DNA from: Eledone cirrhosa
Lineage: Eukaryota
DNA length: 64,000 bases
Direction: 5' to 3'
Assembly: GCA_964016885.1 (NCBI GenBank)
Contig: OZ024742.1
Location: forward strand, 28,272,001 to 28,336,000
The notes below the pieces were generated by a model, which worked only from the letters and a program-made list of their open reading frames with translations, had not been told where the DNA came from and searched no databases. Made by a program: the position numbers and the translations under genes. Positions 40,389-54,541 of this stretch are shown here, in pieces (within the stretch, counting starts at the first letter, position 1; the number at the start of each line of letters is the position of its first letter).

Positions 40389-41862
40389 ACATACACACAC
40401 ATATATATATATTATCACACATGCACATATATATATGTATATATACTCCCACACATACTGGCATGCACACATAAACATATATGTATATATATAATATATA
40501 TATAAAGACACTTACACACATATATATAGTTTATGCGCACCCCCCCCCCCCCCCCACATACACACACTTAGAAGTAACCACACATTGACGTGTGCTGTAT
40601 GTGTTGTTCCATTATCTCATAGCTGGTGCACAAACACACATACACATATATATATAAACACACTTAGAAGTAAACACACATATACATGTGTTGTATGTAT
40701 TATCTCATCTCATAACAGATGCACTAACACACAATCACACACGCATATATATATATAAACACCCACATACCCTCATTTATATAGATAAACATGCACATGC
40801 CCTCATATATATAAACACACACATCCTCATATATATATAAACACACGCGCACACATATATATATATATAAATGCAAACACACACATCCTCATATATATAA
40901 ACACACAGAGATTTATATATAAACAAACACACACACATGTTCGTGTGCTGTTAAACATCTCACAAGAGGATCTCAGACCTTCAAATTGAATTGCAATGTT
41001 TATATATATGCATATCAGTTAATATCTGCAGTAAATCACTTGTGTATAATTCATTATATATATATATACAGAAAAAGAGTGGGTTGCTGGTTTTAAAGGT
41101 ATCAATCACACAATATCCAAGGGAAGAGGCAGTGGGTACACAACAATAAATACAACCTCCTCCAATCTACATTTTTCAACAATCATCAGTCAACCACAAG
41201 TTTTCCACAATCTTCTTCCCTGTTGATTCCTAGATGTTACTCATCCCTTATCCCCTCCCTCCTCTTATTTATTATCCTCTTATAACCTTTACATGTGCAG
41301 TGGATGGGTGGAGAGTTATTAAATATATCTCTTAATAAATGTAGAAGAGAATAGCAAAGTATCAATTTGTATGATACCCACTAGCCCTATATCACCCCTT
41401 TCTAAGGGTACCGATGTTAAAAGCTTCCAACACAATTTCAAATAACCCTCAAAATTCTTCATTAACCCGTTTGATACCAACTAACCCCAAAACCAGCTCT
41501 GTTTCTATGAAACTAAACCATCCATTTCCACTATGTTGAAGGGTCATGAATAGTTGTGTTCACAGAACAGCACCATTAATCCTTTCACCACAACTCTGGA
41601 CTATATTGTTATAGATGATATAGTAAACATTATAAACATAGTAGTTACATCACTTAATCTTTAACTCCACAAAATACTTCAGCAATGTTGATATAGTCAC
41701 AACCACCATCTCCCCATCTCTCACTATTATAAACGGACAGAAGAAAGAAGTCATTTCCCTTGAGAATGGTGAGGGAGACGGGTTGGAAGAGCCCATTTCC
41801 AAGGGTTTGTATGTTGATTAAACTTTTCCAATATAATTTCATATAACGCTCAAAATTCTTCA

Positions 41863-42090
41863 TTAACCCGTTTGATACCAATTACCCCTAAGCCCCACCT
41901 AGTTCTATGAAACAAAACCACCCATTTCCAAGGGTTCCTATGTGAATTAAAGTCTTCCAAAATAATTTTATATAGGAACCCTGTTTTAAGTTACTATCTT
42001 ATTAATGAAATAATTATTTTAGTAAATCCCTCCAAATAATTAATTGAAATCAAGTCTATTTTATTAGAAATATGATATGAAAATGGTTAA
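41863..42090. mobile_element. piggyBac-type MITE (family 2); partial duplicate at ~41400-41535
   Basis: TTAA-CCCGTTTGATACCA ... tgaaaatgg-TTAA; homologue at 59611-59844. Confidence 0.65.
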
Positions 42091-42369
42091 TATGATTATG
42101 AAGAAGTGGATAAATTGGTTATAAAATATAGCAGTTGATGGGGAAGATAGATGGGGGAGAGGGAGAGTCCTAGTTGGTGGGGAAGAAAGATAGGTGGGGA
42201 GGTAGGGTCTTAAGAGATGGTAGTGGATGTTTGAGAAGGGGAGAGAGAGTAGCTAAGTATTAAAAGATGGTAGTTAATGAGAGAGCAGAAGAGAGAGAGA
42301 TGGGAGGAGAGGGAGGAAAAGAGAGAAAGGGGGAGGAAGAGAGGGAGAGGAAGAGAGAGATGAGAAAGA

Positions 42370-42565
42370 GGGGAAGAGAGTGAGGGGAAGAGAGTGAAGG
42401 GAAGAGAGTGAGGGAAAGAGAGTGAGGGGAAGAGAGTGAGGGGAAGAGAGTGAGGGGAAGAGAGTGAGGGGAAGAGAGTGAGGGAAGAAAGTGAGGGGAA
42501 GAGAGTAAGGGAAGAAAGTGAGGGGAAGAGAGTGAGGGGAAGAGAGTGAGGGGAGGAGAGTGAGA
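42370..42565. repeat. 14-bp minisatellite (GAGAGTGAGGGGAA)n
   Basis: About 13 tandem units. Confidence 0.93.
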
Positions 42566-42759
42566 GAGTAGTTGATTCTTAAAAGATAGTAGCTGATGTT
42601 TGAGAGAGAGAGGGAGAGAGGGAGAGAGTGGAAGAGGAAGAGAGAGAGAGAGGAAGAGAGAGAGAGAGGAGAAAGAGAGAGAGGAGAAAGAGGGAGAGTA
42701 GCTGGGTATTTAAGGATGTAACAAGTATGAAGGATGGTAGTTGATATATGACAGAGAGA

Positions 42760-43252
42760 GTGTGTGGATGGGCGTGGATGTCTGTGTAAGTGTGTGTAAG
42801 TGTGTGGATGTGTGTGGATGTGTGTGGATGCGTGTGGAAGCGTGTGAATGCGTGTGAATGTGTGTGGAAGTGTGTGGAAGTGTGTGGAAGTGTGTGGATG
42901 GGTGTGGAAGTGTGTGGAAGTGTGTGGAAGTGTGTGGATAGGTGGGGATGGGTGTGGAAGTGTGTGGAAGCGTGTGGATGCGTGTGTGTGGAAGTGTGTG
43001 GATGTGTGTGGAAGTGTGTGGATGTGTGTGGAAGTGTGTGGAAGTGTGTGGAAGTGTGTGGAAGTGTGTGGATGTGTGTGGATGTGTATGGATGTGTGTG
43101 GATGTGTGTGGATGTGTGTGGATGTGTGTGGATGGGTGTGGATGTGTATGGAAGTGTGTGGATGTGTGTGGATGTGTGTGGATGTGTATGGATGTGTGTG
43201 GATGTGTGTGGATGTGTGTGGATGGGTGTGGATGGGTGTGGATGTGTGTGGA
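42760..43252. repeat. 10-bp minisatellite (GTGTGGA[T/A]GT)n
   Basis: Roughly 45-50 tandem units. Confidence 0.95.
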
Positions 43253-43626
43253 AAGGGTAACAGATGATATATTATAGAGGAGATATAACTGGACTGGATA
43301 TGTGCTGTAAATGGAGGGAGGCTTGTGTTAGAGGAGAAAAGTTATGTGTATGTGTACACGTGTGTGTATGTGTGCCTGTGTGTGTGTGTCTGTGTGCGTG
43401 TGCCTGTGTGTGTGTTCATATGTATGTGTGCCTATGTGTGTGTTCATATGTGTGTATGTGTGTGTTTTCATATGTATGTGTGCATGTGTGTGTTTTCATA
43501 TGTATGTGTGCCTGTGTGTGATTTCATATGTTCACACGTGTGTATGTGTGTGTGTGTCCATGTAGTGTCAATAAAAGATGCATGTGGAAGTGTAAGATAT
43601 GAGTATTTATCATCATCAACATTGTT

Positions 43627-43850
43627 TTAACTCTTTATCATTTACATTACTCTATATATACTATTGTATTTTTGCAGTAAATGCTTTACCTTATTATCTC
43701 ACATAATATCAAATCTATGAGATTTTGATATTATTTATTTTGAGAACAATACCTTAATGTCGGTATGAGCAGCTGGTTACAGCCAGTTTGAACAAAACGA
43801 GGTGAGAGATTTCTGGCCTGATATGGCCAGTTTAAATGCTAAAGGGTTAA
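43627..43850. mobile_element. piggyBac-type MITE (family 1)
   Basis: TTAA-ctctttatcattta ... taaatgctaaaggg-TTAA; internal match to the 32831 and 54358 copies. Confidence 0.85.
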
Positions 43851-43964
43851 AATCCATTATCCCTGCTAGCAAGGGTTGGGTGGGTCTACGAAGACCAAGT
43901 CAGTACTGAAGTAGGACTACTGACCACCCAGACAGGCTGGAGTGTCTGTTATCTCACTTATATA

Positions 43965-44256
43965 CAGGGTTGGATTTAAACCTTGGGGGCCCAGTGCACT
44001 TCAGGTTTGGGAGGGGAAAGGGGCTCATACTTTTAAAAACATTTGAATACACAGCAAAACGCCCAATTTTACATATCAAAGTCAGCTTGGCACAAGTAAT
44101 TGGAATTGAAAAGTTATACTTTCAGGTATTAAATTCAAGAATTTTAACCATCCTAAAATTAAAATGCCCAGCTGAAGGCACAAATAAATTGCTACGACCA
44201 TCGCTGTGAGGGCTCCTCAGTGCAGGGGGGCCAGAGCAATTACCCTCTTTGCCCTG
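43965..44256. mobile_element. Non-autonomous hAT-type MITE
   Basis: CAGGG...CCCTG termini with 8-bp TSD CTTATATA/CTTACATA. Confidence 0.7.
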
Positions 44257-44511
44257 CTTACATACAACCTCACATTCTACCAAGTGCACAGGACAGATTG
44301 TGATTCTATTTCAATCAAAAGTAGTGTGAGATAAGGGTATGTAGAGCTGTGCTATAGCTATCACAATAGAGCTCCAAATTCCTCCATATCTCATAACCTT
44401 TGAAGATCATGAATTGTGAAACCGGTTAAGTAAGTGTAAATAAATTTTAATGCCTCTAAATTAATTCTTTAATTATTTTCCTTATATTTCTAATCATGTG
44501 AGATAAAGAAC

Positions 44512-44553
<42 letters not shown>

Positions 44554-44572
44554 AAATGAAATTTCATTTTTT

Positions 44573-44615
<43 letters not shown>

Positions 44616-45074
44616 CATACAGAGAGAGACAGAGAGTTCCACAACAAATTTATATATATATATATAAATTTGTTGTGGAACTTTCTCTCTCTGTATATAT
44701 ATATATATATATATACACACATGTATGTATGCAAAAAGCAAACAGAAATAACTAAGCACACAACATAGTGTAATAAATATATATATTAGTTTAAAGCTTG
44801 ATATAGTTAGAAAAGCGTCTTTAAATTTCCGACACTAATCCTTCATTAGAAGATTGAATTAGAAATAATAGAGGTAAGAGGAAGTGAGAAGAGGAAGGGA
44901 CATTTGGGGGTAGAAAAATCATGTGCATGTATTCCGTCTGCCTTATGTCAACTTTGCCTTTCATCCTGTCAAGGTCGGAAAGAATCTACCAGTCTAGTAC
45001 CGGGGTCAGTTCTTCCTTTATATCTCTTTTTCTTCTCTTGCACTTTCTATCCTTCTCTCACCTCTTTCTGTTCA

Positions 45075-45445
45075 GTTCAAACCGGCTGTAACTGGCCACT
45101 CATACATATGTTAAGGTATTGTTCTCAAAATAAATAACATTAAAATCTTGTAGATTCAATATTATTGTTTCTACTTTTGGCACAAGGCCAGAAATTATCC
45201 CAGTGTATTACTGGTATTTTATTTTATCGACTCTGTTAGGATAAATGGCAAAGTTAACCTCAGCGGTATTTGAACTCAGACCATAAAGGGCCATAACTCT
45301 TTGCTGGAAAGCATGGCGTCCGACCCTCTACCAATACTGCCAATCCACCGCCCTTAGATTCAATATTATGTGAGATAATTATGTGAGGTAAAGCCTTTAC
45401 TGTGAAAATATATTAGTAACTATAGAGTAATGTAAATGCTAAAGG
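45075..45445. mobile_element. piggyBac-type MITE family 1 (reverse orientation) interrupted by a SINE
   Basis: ttaaggtattgttctcaaaa...tatagagtaatgtaaatgctaaagg is the reverse complement of the 43627 copy. Confidence 0.8.
45166..45354 (-). mobile_element. SINE family B, full-length
   Basis: 15-bp TSD TAGATTCAATATTAT at 45151-45165 and 45355-45369; B box gagttcaaat on -. Confidence 0.9.
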
Positions 45446-45515
45446 ATTCAGGCAATAATTTGAGTATAACTTAACAAAGGTTCTCACATAAAATCATGAC
45501 GGAAAGCTTCTAGAT

Positions 45516-45805
45516 CAGTCATGGGTAACCTGCGGCCTGCGAACCTTTCTGAATGGCTCACCTAAGTCACAGAAGTGAAATCTTTCTTTTTTTACCCAAA
45601 CTTTTCAGTCTTAATTTATCTTTCTATCATTTTTACGATCAAGGAAAACAATGTCTACGAATTCTGAATAAACAAATCAAAACAACCTGAGTTACTACCC
45701 CTTTTTTTTTAATGTGGGCACAAATGTAAATTAGTGCTTGCGGCCCGCCTGATGATGAACCATACCTCATGCGGCCCGCTTCTCGAAAAAGATTGCTCAT
45801 GCCTG
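45516..45805. mobile_element. hAT (Charlie-like) MITE
   Basis: TIRs cagtcatgggtaa / ttgctcatgcctg; 8-bp TSD TTCTAGAT at 45508-45515 and 45806-45813; subterminal gcggccc motifs. Confidence 0.9.
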
Positions 45806-46267
45806 TTCTAGATAAATATAAACAATTTAAAATAAGCAGTTGCGTGCTGTAGAAGAACCAGGGTGGATTTGGTAAGTTTGGTATCAAGTTTGGTATCAAA
45901 GATTCTAGAAGAGTTAAAATGCCCAATACATGCCATATGCCACTACAACGCCTCTACGACTATCAGGTGTTACAGGATCCTACGATATCATATGATACAG
46001 ACAAAGAGATGGGTATCATGGTTGGAGTATATTTGATATCAGTGCTGTTGTAGCAAGGTTATAGCAGACCTAAACAACATCAAATGTCCTAGTTATTAGA
46101 AGACATTTAGCAATAAATGACATTGAAGTGAGAGACTAACAGATGGTACCAGTTTTACCATTATTACCAGTTCTCACAACTTACAGACGATATCTTACAA
46201 AAGATAGCATTATTAAAACTTCTATCAGCCAAACAACCATGTTATTGTTGTGGTTGTTGTTGTCAGA

Positions 46268-48144
46268 CATGTATGTGTGTATGTATGTGCACGAATGCAT
46301 ATGTATGTTTGCATGTGAGTATGTATGTATTTATATATGTATATATGCGTATGTATGGAATGTTTATATGCATATCTTTGTATATATGTATATCTGTATA
46401 TATGCATGTATATATGTATGTATATATATATATGTATGTATGTATATATGCATTTATGTATGTATTTATGTATGTATGTATGTATGTATATCTATATATG
46501 TATATTTGTATTTATGTATGTATTTATGTATGTATATATTTATGTATGTATGTATGCATATGTATGTATGTATTTATGTATGTATATATGTATGTATGTA
46601 TGTATGCGTATGTATGTATTTATGTATGTATTTATGCATATGTATGTGTGTGGGTTTCTATATATCAAATCAATCAAAAATTTGTTGATCTCCCTTGAAG
46701 CTGACAGTAAAAAGAATATACTATGTATGTGTGTCTGTGTGTGTGTGTGTGTACATTGTGTGTATGTGTGTGATGGTCAGTCTGTGTGTGTAGATTGTGT
46801 GTATGTGTGTGACGGTCAGTCTGTGTGTGTGTGTGACGGCCAGTCTCTCTGTGTCTGTGTAGTTGCATGATTGTACTTCCTGGAAATTATTGTGTATGTA
46901 TATATGTGTACATATATGTATGCATATATGTTTTTGTATGCATGTATGTTTATGTATGTGTATGTATGTGTGTGCATGTGTATGTATGTGTATGTATGTG
47001 CATTTGTGTTTGCATGTATGTATATGTATGTGTATGTATGTGCATGTGTGTGTATGTATGAGTTTGTATAAGTTTGTATGAGTATGTATGTATATGCATG
47101 AGTTTGCATGAGTATGTATGCATGTGTATGAATATGTATGACTATGTATGCATATGTATGAATATGTATGACTATGTATGTGTATGTATGTGTATGTATG
47201 AATATGTATGTGTATGTATGAGTATGTATGACTATGTATGTGAATGTATATCATCATCATCATCATCGTTTAACGTCTATCTTCCATGCCAGTATGGGTA
47301 TATATATTTTTGTATGTATATGTGTATGTAAGAGTGTATATACATATATATGTGTGTGTGTGTGTGTGTATGTGTGTGTATATATATAAATGTGTATGGG
47401 AGAGAGATTGTGGGAATTTACTGTTTATATCTGTTATGTTTTCCTTTTTTATAGTTTACAGTGTTTTAGTATATTTTGTTTGTATTTAATAAAGTATATT
47501 TATCATGTTTTAGTTATTCACTTTGAATATATTTCTTAATATCTCACAAACATCCTAGCTAAATAGACACATACACGTATATACACATATATGTGTGTGA
47601 GAGACAGAGGGGAAAGAGAGAGAGAGTGAGTATGTGAGAGAGAGCGGAAGTCAGAAAGAGTGAGTATATGTAAAAGAGGGTGAAAGAGAGAGACTGACTG
47701 TGTGTGCATGCATAAATGTATAAATATGCATGTGTTTAAATTTATACATATATAAACACATATACATATATATATATACATATATAAACATATACACACA
47801 TATACATATACGTACACACACACACATATATACGCATATACGTACACACACATATATACACATATACATACACACACACACATATATATATACACATATA
47901 CATACACACACATATATATACACATATACATACACACACACATATATATACACATATACATACACACACATATATATATATATATATACACATATGTATA
48001 TGTTTATATATATATATACCCACAGATATATATCATCATCATCACTTTTAAGTCCATTTTTCTACGTTTGGATGTATGCATACTTAGGTACGTATGTGTG
48101 CCTACATATATGCAAATATATACATATTTATGTGTGTGTGTGTC

Positions 48145-48181
<37 letters not shown>

Positions 48182-48310
48182 ATGCATGTATACCTAAATA
48201 TCTAAATATGTGTGTCTACATATATACAGATATGTATATGTGTGTGTGTGTGCATATATGTGTATATGTATGTATATTTAAGTATGTAAATATATATGTC
48301 TACATATACC
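46268..48310. repeat. (TATG)n/(TG)n/(CATA)n microsatellite field
   Basis: Direct inspection. Confidence 0.9.
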
Positions 48311-48855
48311 CTGTTAGTTAATCAATGTTTTGTTTTGGTTTGTTTTGTTCGTTTATCTTCTGTTGATGTTGGCAGATGGGGTTGTTTTCCATATTTTTTT
48401 AATACTTTTATTATCCTTTTATTTGTTCTATTTGTTCTTGTTGTTGTTATTGTTGTTGTTTGAGTAAAGTGAGTGCCAATGGAGGCACAATGACCAAATG
48501 GATATGAAATTCGCTTCACACTTATTAGGTTCCAGATATAGTATCTGAGAAAAATGTCATTTGCCATAGCCACAGATCAACCCATGTCCTCTTAGTGAAA
48601 TTTGGTAGACAGAAACTATTTGGAAGCCCGTCAGATGGACTCTAGCCTCTCTACCAGTAATTCTAAGGGCCACCCTTTTCTTACACTGTCACACTGAATA
48701 CTGAATGTTCTTATATTATAATAATAATGAAATTATTGTGTACAGTGCTCAGGTGCACTATAACTCATCAAAGGTGCATGTATAGTACATAGAATAATAT
48801 ACAAATGTCAGGAAAGTGAATAGTGTATGAGTCATGATATACGTGTGTGGGTGTG

Positions 48856-49154
48856 TATGGAGGGGGTATATTGAGCAGTAAGTTAAAGGGACACATCTAT
48901 GGAGGGGGATATTGAGCAGTAAGTTAAAGGGACACATCTATGGAGGGGGATATTGAGCAGTGAGTTAAAAGGGACACGTCTATGGAGGGGGATATTGAGC
49001 AGTAAGTTAAAGAGGCACGCCTATGGAGGGGGGAGATATTGAGCAGTAAGTTAAAGGGACACATCTATGGAGGGGGATATTGAGCAGTAAGTTAAAGGGA
49101 CACATCTATGGAGGGGGAATATTGAGCAGTAAGTTAAAGGGACACGTCTATGGA
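48856..49154. repeat. 41-44-bp minisatellite, 7 copies (TATGGAGGGGGATATTGAGCAGTAAGTTAAAGGGACACATC)
   Basis: Units start at 48856, 48898, 48939, 48981, 49022, 49066, 49107; no spacers. Confidence 0.95.
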
Positions 49155-49489
49155 ATGCTCAGGCACTGATTTGTCAATTTTATAAACAGGCTATTCCATT
49201 GATCAAACTACTGGAACAGTCATTGAGAAATTGGTGGCACATCATATGGTGAATACTTCTCACTCTTCCCCATTCTCTATCTTTCCCTCTGTCTGTCTCT
49301 CTCTATCTGTTATAATTGTTATCCATGATATACCCAGCTATGATTCTCACCATCACCCTCACGCATAGTTAAGTATCTTCCCCAGCTGTCACAATTATTA
49401 CATCCACTACCATTGATAATCCATCAGAATCCTCCCTAACATCACACAAATCCCACCCTCCACCATACTCCTTTCCACCATCCTCAAAT

Positions 49490-49915
49490 GTACCACTGCC
49501 ATCACTACCACTCCACCATGACTACCACCACCACCACAACAACATCACCACCACATCACGAGGACCTTTACCATTGCCACCACCACTCTCATCACATATA
49601 ACCCTACCATCACTGACACCATCACCACATCACCATCAAATCTAACAGATCAGCACCATCACCATCACCACCACAACCACCACATATACTCCTGCTATCA
49701 AAACTAACACACCACCACCACCACATATACTCCTGCTATCAAAACTAACACACCACCACCACCACATATACTCCTGCCATCAAAACCACCACATTACCAA
49801 CATCCCCACAACCACCACCACTGCCACCACCATTACAACATGTCCCCCTGCCATCACCACCAACAGTAAACCACTCAGTAATACAACAAAAACTACAACT
49901 ACAACTACAAAACAT
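49490..49915. repeat. CAC-rich low-complexity tract with a short internal tandem repeat
   Basis: caccacatatactcctgcyatcaaaac three times at 49678-49786. Confidence 0.85.
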
Positions 49916-50189
49916 TACAAAATAAAATCCACCAGTGAAAGACAAACAATAAAGAGAGTAGAAGACAAAACATTGTTTTATCGCTGCTTTACCGATTCCA
50001 AAGAGTCTACATTACCATTACATAAGAGAATGTTCACAATGGGCAAGTTTGTACCTGTATGACACCTAAATATTCTCATAGAAACATATACACACTATAC
50101 TATATGCAAACATATACACACTACACCATGCGTAAATGTAAACATATATACATATACAGAAAGAGACAAAAATACATATACTCACATGC

Positions 50190-50221
<32 letters not shown>

Positions 50222-50304
50222 TATAGACTAAAATATAAAAAAATGTATATATATATATATATATAAATGAAAGTATAGAGATTAATGTGAGCAAGAAGCC
50301 AAAA

Positions 50305-50305
<1 letters not shown>

Positions 50306-50354
<49 letters not shown>

Positions 50355-50532
50355 GTATATATACATATATATATACATATACACACACACATATATATAT
50401 ATACAAATATATACATATACACACACACATATATATATATACACACACATATACATATATATATATATATACATACATATATATACATATATATATACAT
50501 ATATATATACATATATATACATATATATATAC

Positions 50533-50577
<45 letters not shown>

Positions 50578-50580
50578 TAC

Positions 50581-50631
<51 letters not shown>

Positions 50632-50683
50632 AATATATATACATATATATATATATGTATACATATATATACATATATATACA

Positions 50684-50737
<54 letters not shown>

Positions 50738-50862
50738 CATATATATACATATATATACATATATATACATATATATATATATACATATATATACATATAT
50801 ATACATATATATACATATATATATACATATATATACATATATATATATATACATATATATAC

Positions 50863-50939
<77 letters not shown>

Positions 50940-50956
50940 CATACATATATATATAC

Positions 50957-51013
<57 letters not shown>

Positions 51014-51109
51014 CATACATATATATATATACATACATATATATATACATACATATATATACATATATATATACATATATATACATATATATATATACAT
51101 ATATATACA

Positions 51110-51203
<94 letters not shown>

Positions 51204-51456
51204 CATACATATATATATATACATACATATATATTTATATACATATACATATATATATATATACATATATATATACATATATATACATATATATATCTAC
51301 ACATATATATACATATATATATATATACACATATATATATATACATATATATACATACATATATATACATATACATATATATACATATACATATATATAT
51401 ACATATATATATGCATATATATATACATATATATATATATACATATATATATATAC

Positions 51457-51506
<50 letters not shown>

Positions 51507-51640
51507 GAGAGAGAGAGAGAAAGACAGACAGAAAGAGAGAGAGAGAAAAAGAGAGAGATAGAGAAAGAGAGAGTGAGAGAGAGAGAGAGAGATAGAGAAA
51601 GAGAGGGAGAGAGAGAAAGAGAGAGAGAAGAGAGAGATTC
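50306..51640. repeat. 1.2-kb (TA)n-C interrupted microsatellite followed by (GA)n
   Basis: Direct inspection. Confidence 0.97.
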
Positions 51641-52415
51641 ATATACATACACATAAGAATATATATATATTTATATATATATACACACACATATGTACAT
51701 ACCTACATACATATATACCTAGCTACATACATTCATACATGCACACACACACAGACATACACACACACACATACATACATACATTTCCACATGAGACTAT
51801 GAGAATCGGTAATAACAAAAACCTGTCAGTAGACAGACATAGAGAGAGGAATATCAAAGAGACAGAGAAATTGCCTGATTATTGGTAAGCAAGGAAATAA
51901 ATATTTTTCTTTATGCTTTGTTCAATTTCATTTCATTTCACATCATCTTTACCATTATCATCATTATTATTATTTTTATTATCAATGTCATTATTATCAT
52001 TACGAATATTATTATTATTAAAGAAATTATTATTATTATTAGTAGTAGTATTCGTTGTTGAAAGGCAGAGGGTGGAGATAGGAATTTTGTGTTGTTTGTG
52101 ATTTTTTTTATCATTCATTTTTTTTGTCTCTCTCTCTCTGTGTCTGTGTTGCAACCAAAGCAACTGCGAAGTGATCAAAGAAATTTTGGTTTGAATTGCT
52201 GCTGGCAGTGACTAGAAAGGAAAGGCTCCAGGAATATGAGGTTGACAATACCTCTGAGAGAAGCACACAGCCGTTCTACAGATGAAATAACTATTCTAAG
52301 GATACCGAAACACTTGTTGTCAATCAATAGAAAAGACTCCAACACCGAATAAGAGAGGGAGAAAATAAAAATGATTTATAAAAAAACGTTGATGAATAAA
52401 AAATAAAGAAAATCT

Positions 52416-52458
<43 letters not shown>

Positions 52459-52461
52459 TAA

Positions 52462-52503
<42 letters not shown>

Positions 52504-52669
52504 TTATATATTAATATAAGTACATATATGTACATATATATGTACACACATACACAAATTTTATATATGCATATACATATATATATATATATTTGCTCAG
52601 ACATACACATTTTATATACATAAGTATATATACACACACAGATTTTTTTACACATGTCCATACACACAG

Positions 52670-52705
<36 letters not shown>

Positions 52706-53023
52706 GAGAGAGAGAGATCTATATAAAATCATGATGTAAAGAAGATAACATCACAAAGTTTATATCAAATATATTTTGCAGATGCCGAAGTGAAAAAAAA
52801 AAAAAAATGATCTGAAAACAAAATGGTTGACGCCAGCAGGAAGCTATTAAAGAAATAAATAATTGAAAAACAAAACACATCTGTGGAATTGGCGGGAAAA
52901 TAATGATAGTTTCTTCATTAAATTTCCATGTCTGTTTATTGTTCTTAATTAGGTCTTTAAAGAATTTATATATGTATGTGTGTGTGTATATATATGTATA
53001 ACTTATATTTATGTGTATGTATT

Positions 53024-53054
<31 letters not shown>

Positions 53055-53844
53055 ATGTTTGTAAGTATATATATATATATATGTTTGTATGTATATATAT
53101 ATATATATATACATACATATATATACATATAAATACTCATATATATATATACACACATAAATATACATATAAATACTCATATATATATATACACACATAA
53201 ATACATATAAATACTCATATATATATACACACATAAATACATAGATATATATATATATATACACACATAAATACATGCATATATATATATCTATATACAT
53301 ATACACACATAAATACACACATAAATACATACATATACACACATAAATACATACATATATATACATATGCACACAAATATATATATATATATATGTACAC
53401 ATAAATATATATATATATATATATGCACACATAAATATATATATATATATGCACACATAAATATATATATATATGTATACATTAATATATATATATATAT
53501 ATTTACATATAAATTTAGGATGCCTGCATTTGTATGCTAGACACTAATACAGGCTGTGTCTGGTTCCAAGAGTTTTTTTTTTCATCCTTACTAAACAATA
53601 TCTAGTGAATACAGCAGTATTGTTGTTGGTTAACTCCAGGTCAGTTCCCATCAAACAGACTTGGGATAAAAAACAAGGGCACGGCATAGACAAATAGTTA
53701 AATAGTTTGCTTCCCAATCATTATATCTTAGTTTCAAACCTGCTGTGTTGTATACTGGGCAAGTATTATTTACTAAATGCTGAAGCTCAGAGATCAGAGA
53801 GTTACTCGAGGTAGAGCCACTACTTCTCTGAATTGGACATGTGG

Positions 53845-54000
53845 TTAGAATGTCTCAGGAAAGAATTGCTGGACAAATTTTATGGGCAAAACCAACCGGC
53901 AGGAGACCCAATGGTAGACCCCGAGCAAGATGCTTGGATAACATCCATGAGGTTGGAGATCCAGCCAGATCTGCTGGAGATGGTTGCTTCTAACTGATAG
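53845..54000 (+). pseudogene. RTE 3' fragment; related relic at 55545-55675 (-)
   Basis: RMSQERIAGQILWAKPTGRRPNGRPRARCLDNI. Confidence 0.75.
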
Positions 54001-54357
54001 AATTAGCAAGATAGCGTATGTAACATGGCTGACCTTATGAATTACATGGACTTCCACACAGTTTCTGTCTACCTAATTTCAATCCCAAATGTTTCATCAA
54101 CCTGAAGCTATGATTCTTCTTCTCCTTGTCATATGCTCAATAGTTAGAGAGGCAGATCAAGGTAGGTGAACCAGATAAGGCATCATTTATAGTATTATTG
54201 ACAACCTCCATACCACAGGGAAAATGTCTGAGGGAGCAATCCTGAACAACAGGTAGCACTGTCTGATCAGGTCCCCACTCAGTCATATACTGGGCTGTCT
54301 TTCATTTTCCATCGATGGAGATGTTGGGCTGTCCTGGTGTGTGTTTTCCAGATCCGA

Positions 54358-54541
54358 TTAACCCTTTAGAATTTACATTACTCTATATTTACTATTGTAT
54401 TTTCATGGTAAAGGCTTTACCTCACATAATAACGAATCTATGAGATATTGATATTTATTTTGAGAACAATTTCTTAACATCAGTATGAGCAGCTGAGAGA
54501 ATTTTGGCCAGTTATGGCCAGTTTAAATGCCAAAGTGTTAA
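54358..54541. mobile_element. piggyBac-type MITE (family 1)
   Basis: TTAA-CCCTTTAGAATTTA ... taaatgccaaagtg-TTAA. Confidence 0.85.

Noticed and set aside
42790-43277. Cys/Trp/Val-rich ORFs resembling metallothionein or keratin-associated proteins
   Set aside because: A 10-bp unit gives the same peptide in all three frames
48856-49154. Possible CRISPR array
   Set aside because: Contiguous units without unique spacers, no cas genes, eukaryotic context
50121-51690. Long YI/IY/HT/VC ORFs here and at 22276-23112, 34588-36163 and 46143-48321
   Set aside because: Translations of dinucleotide microsatellites
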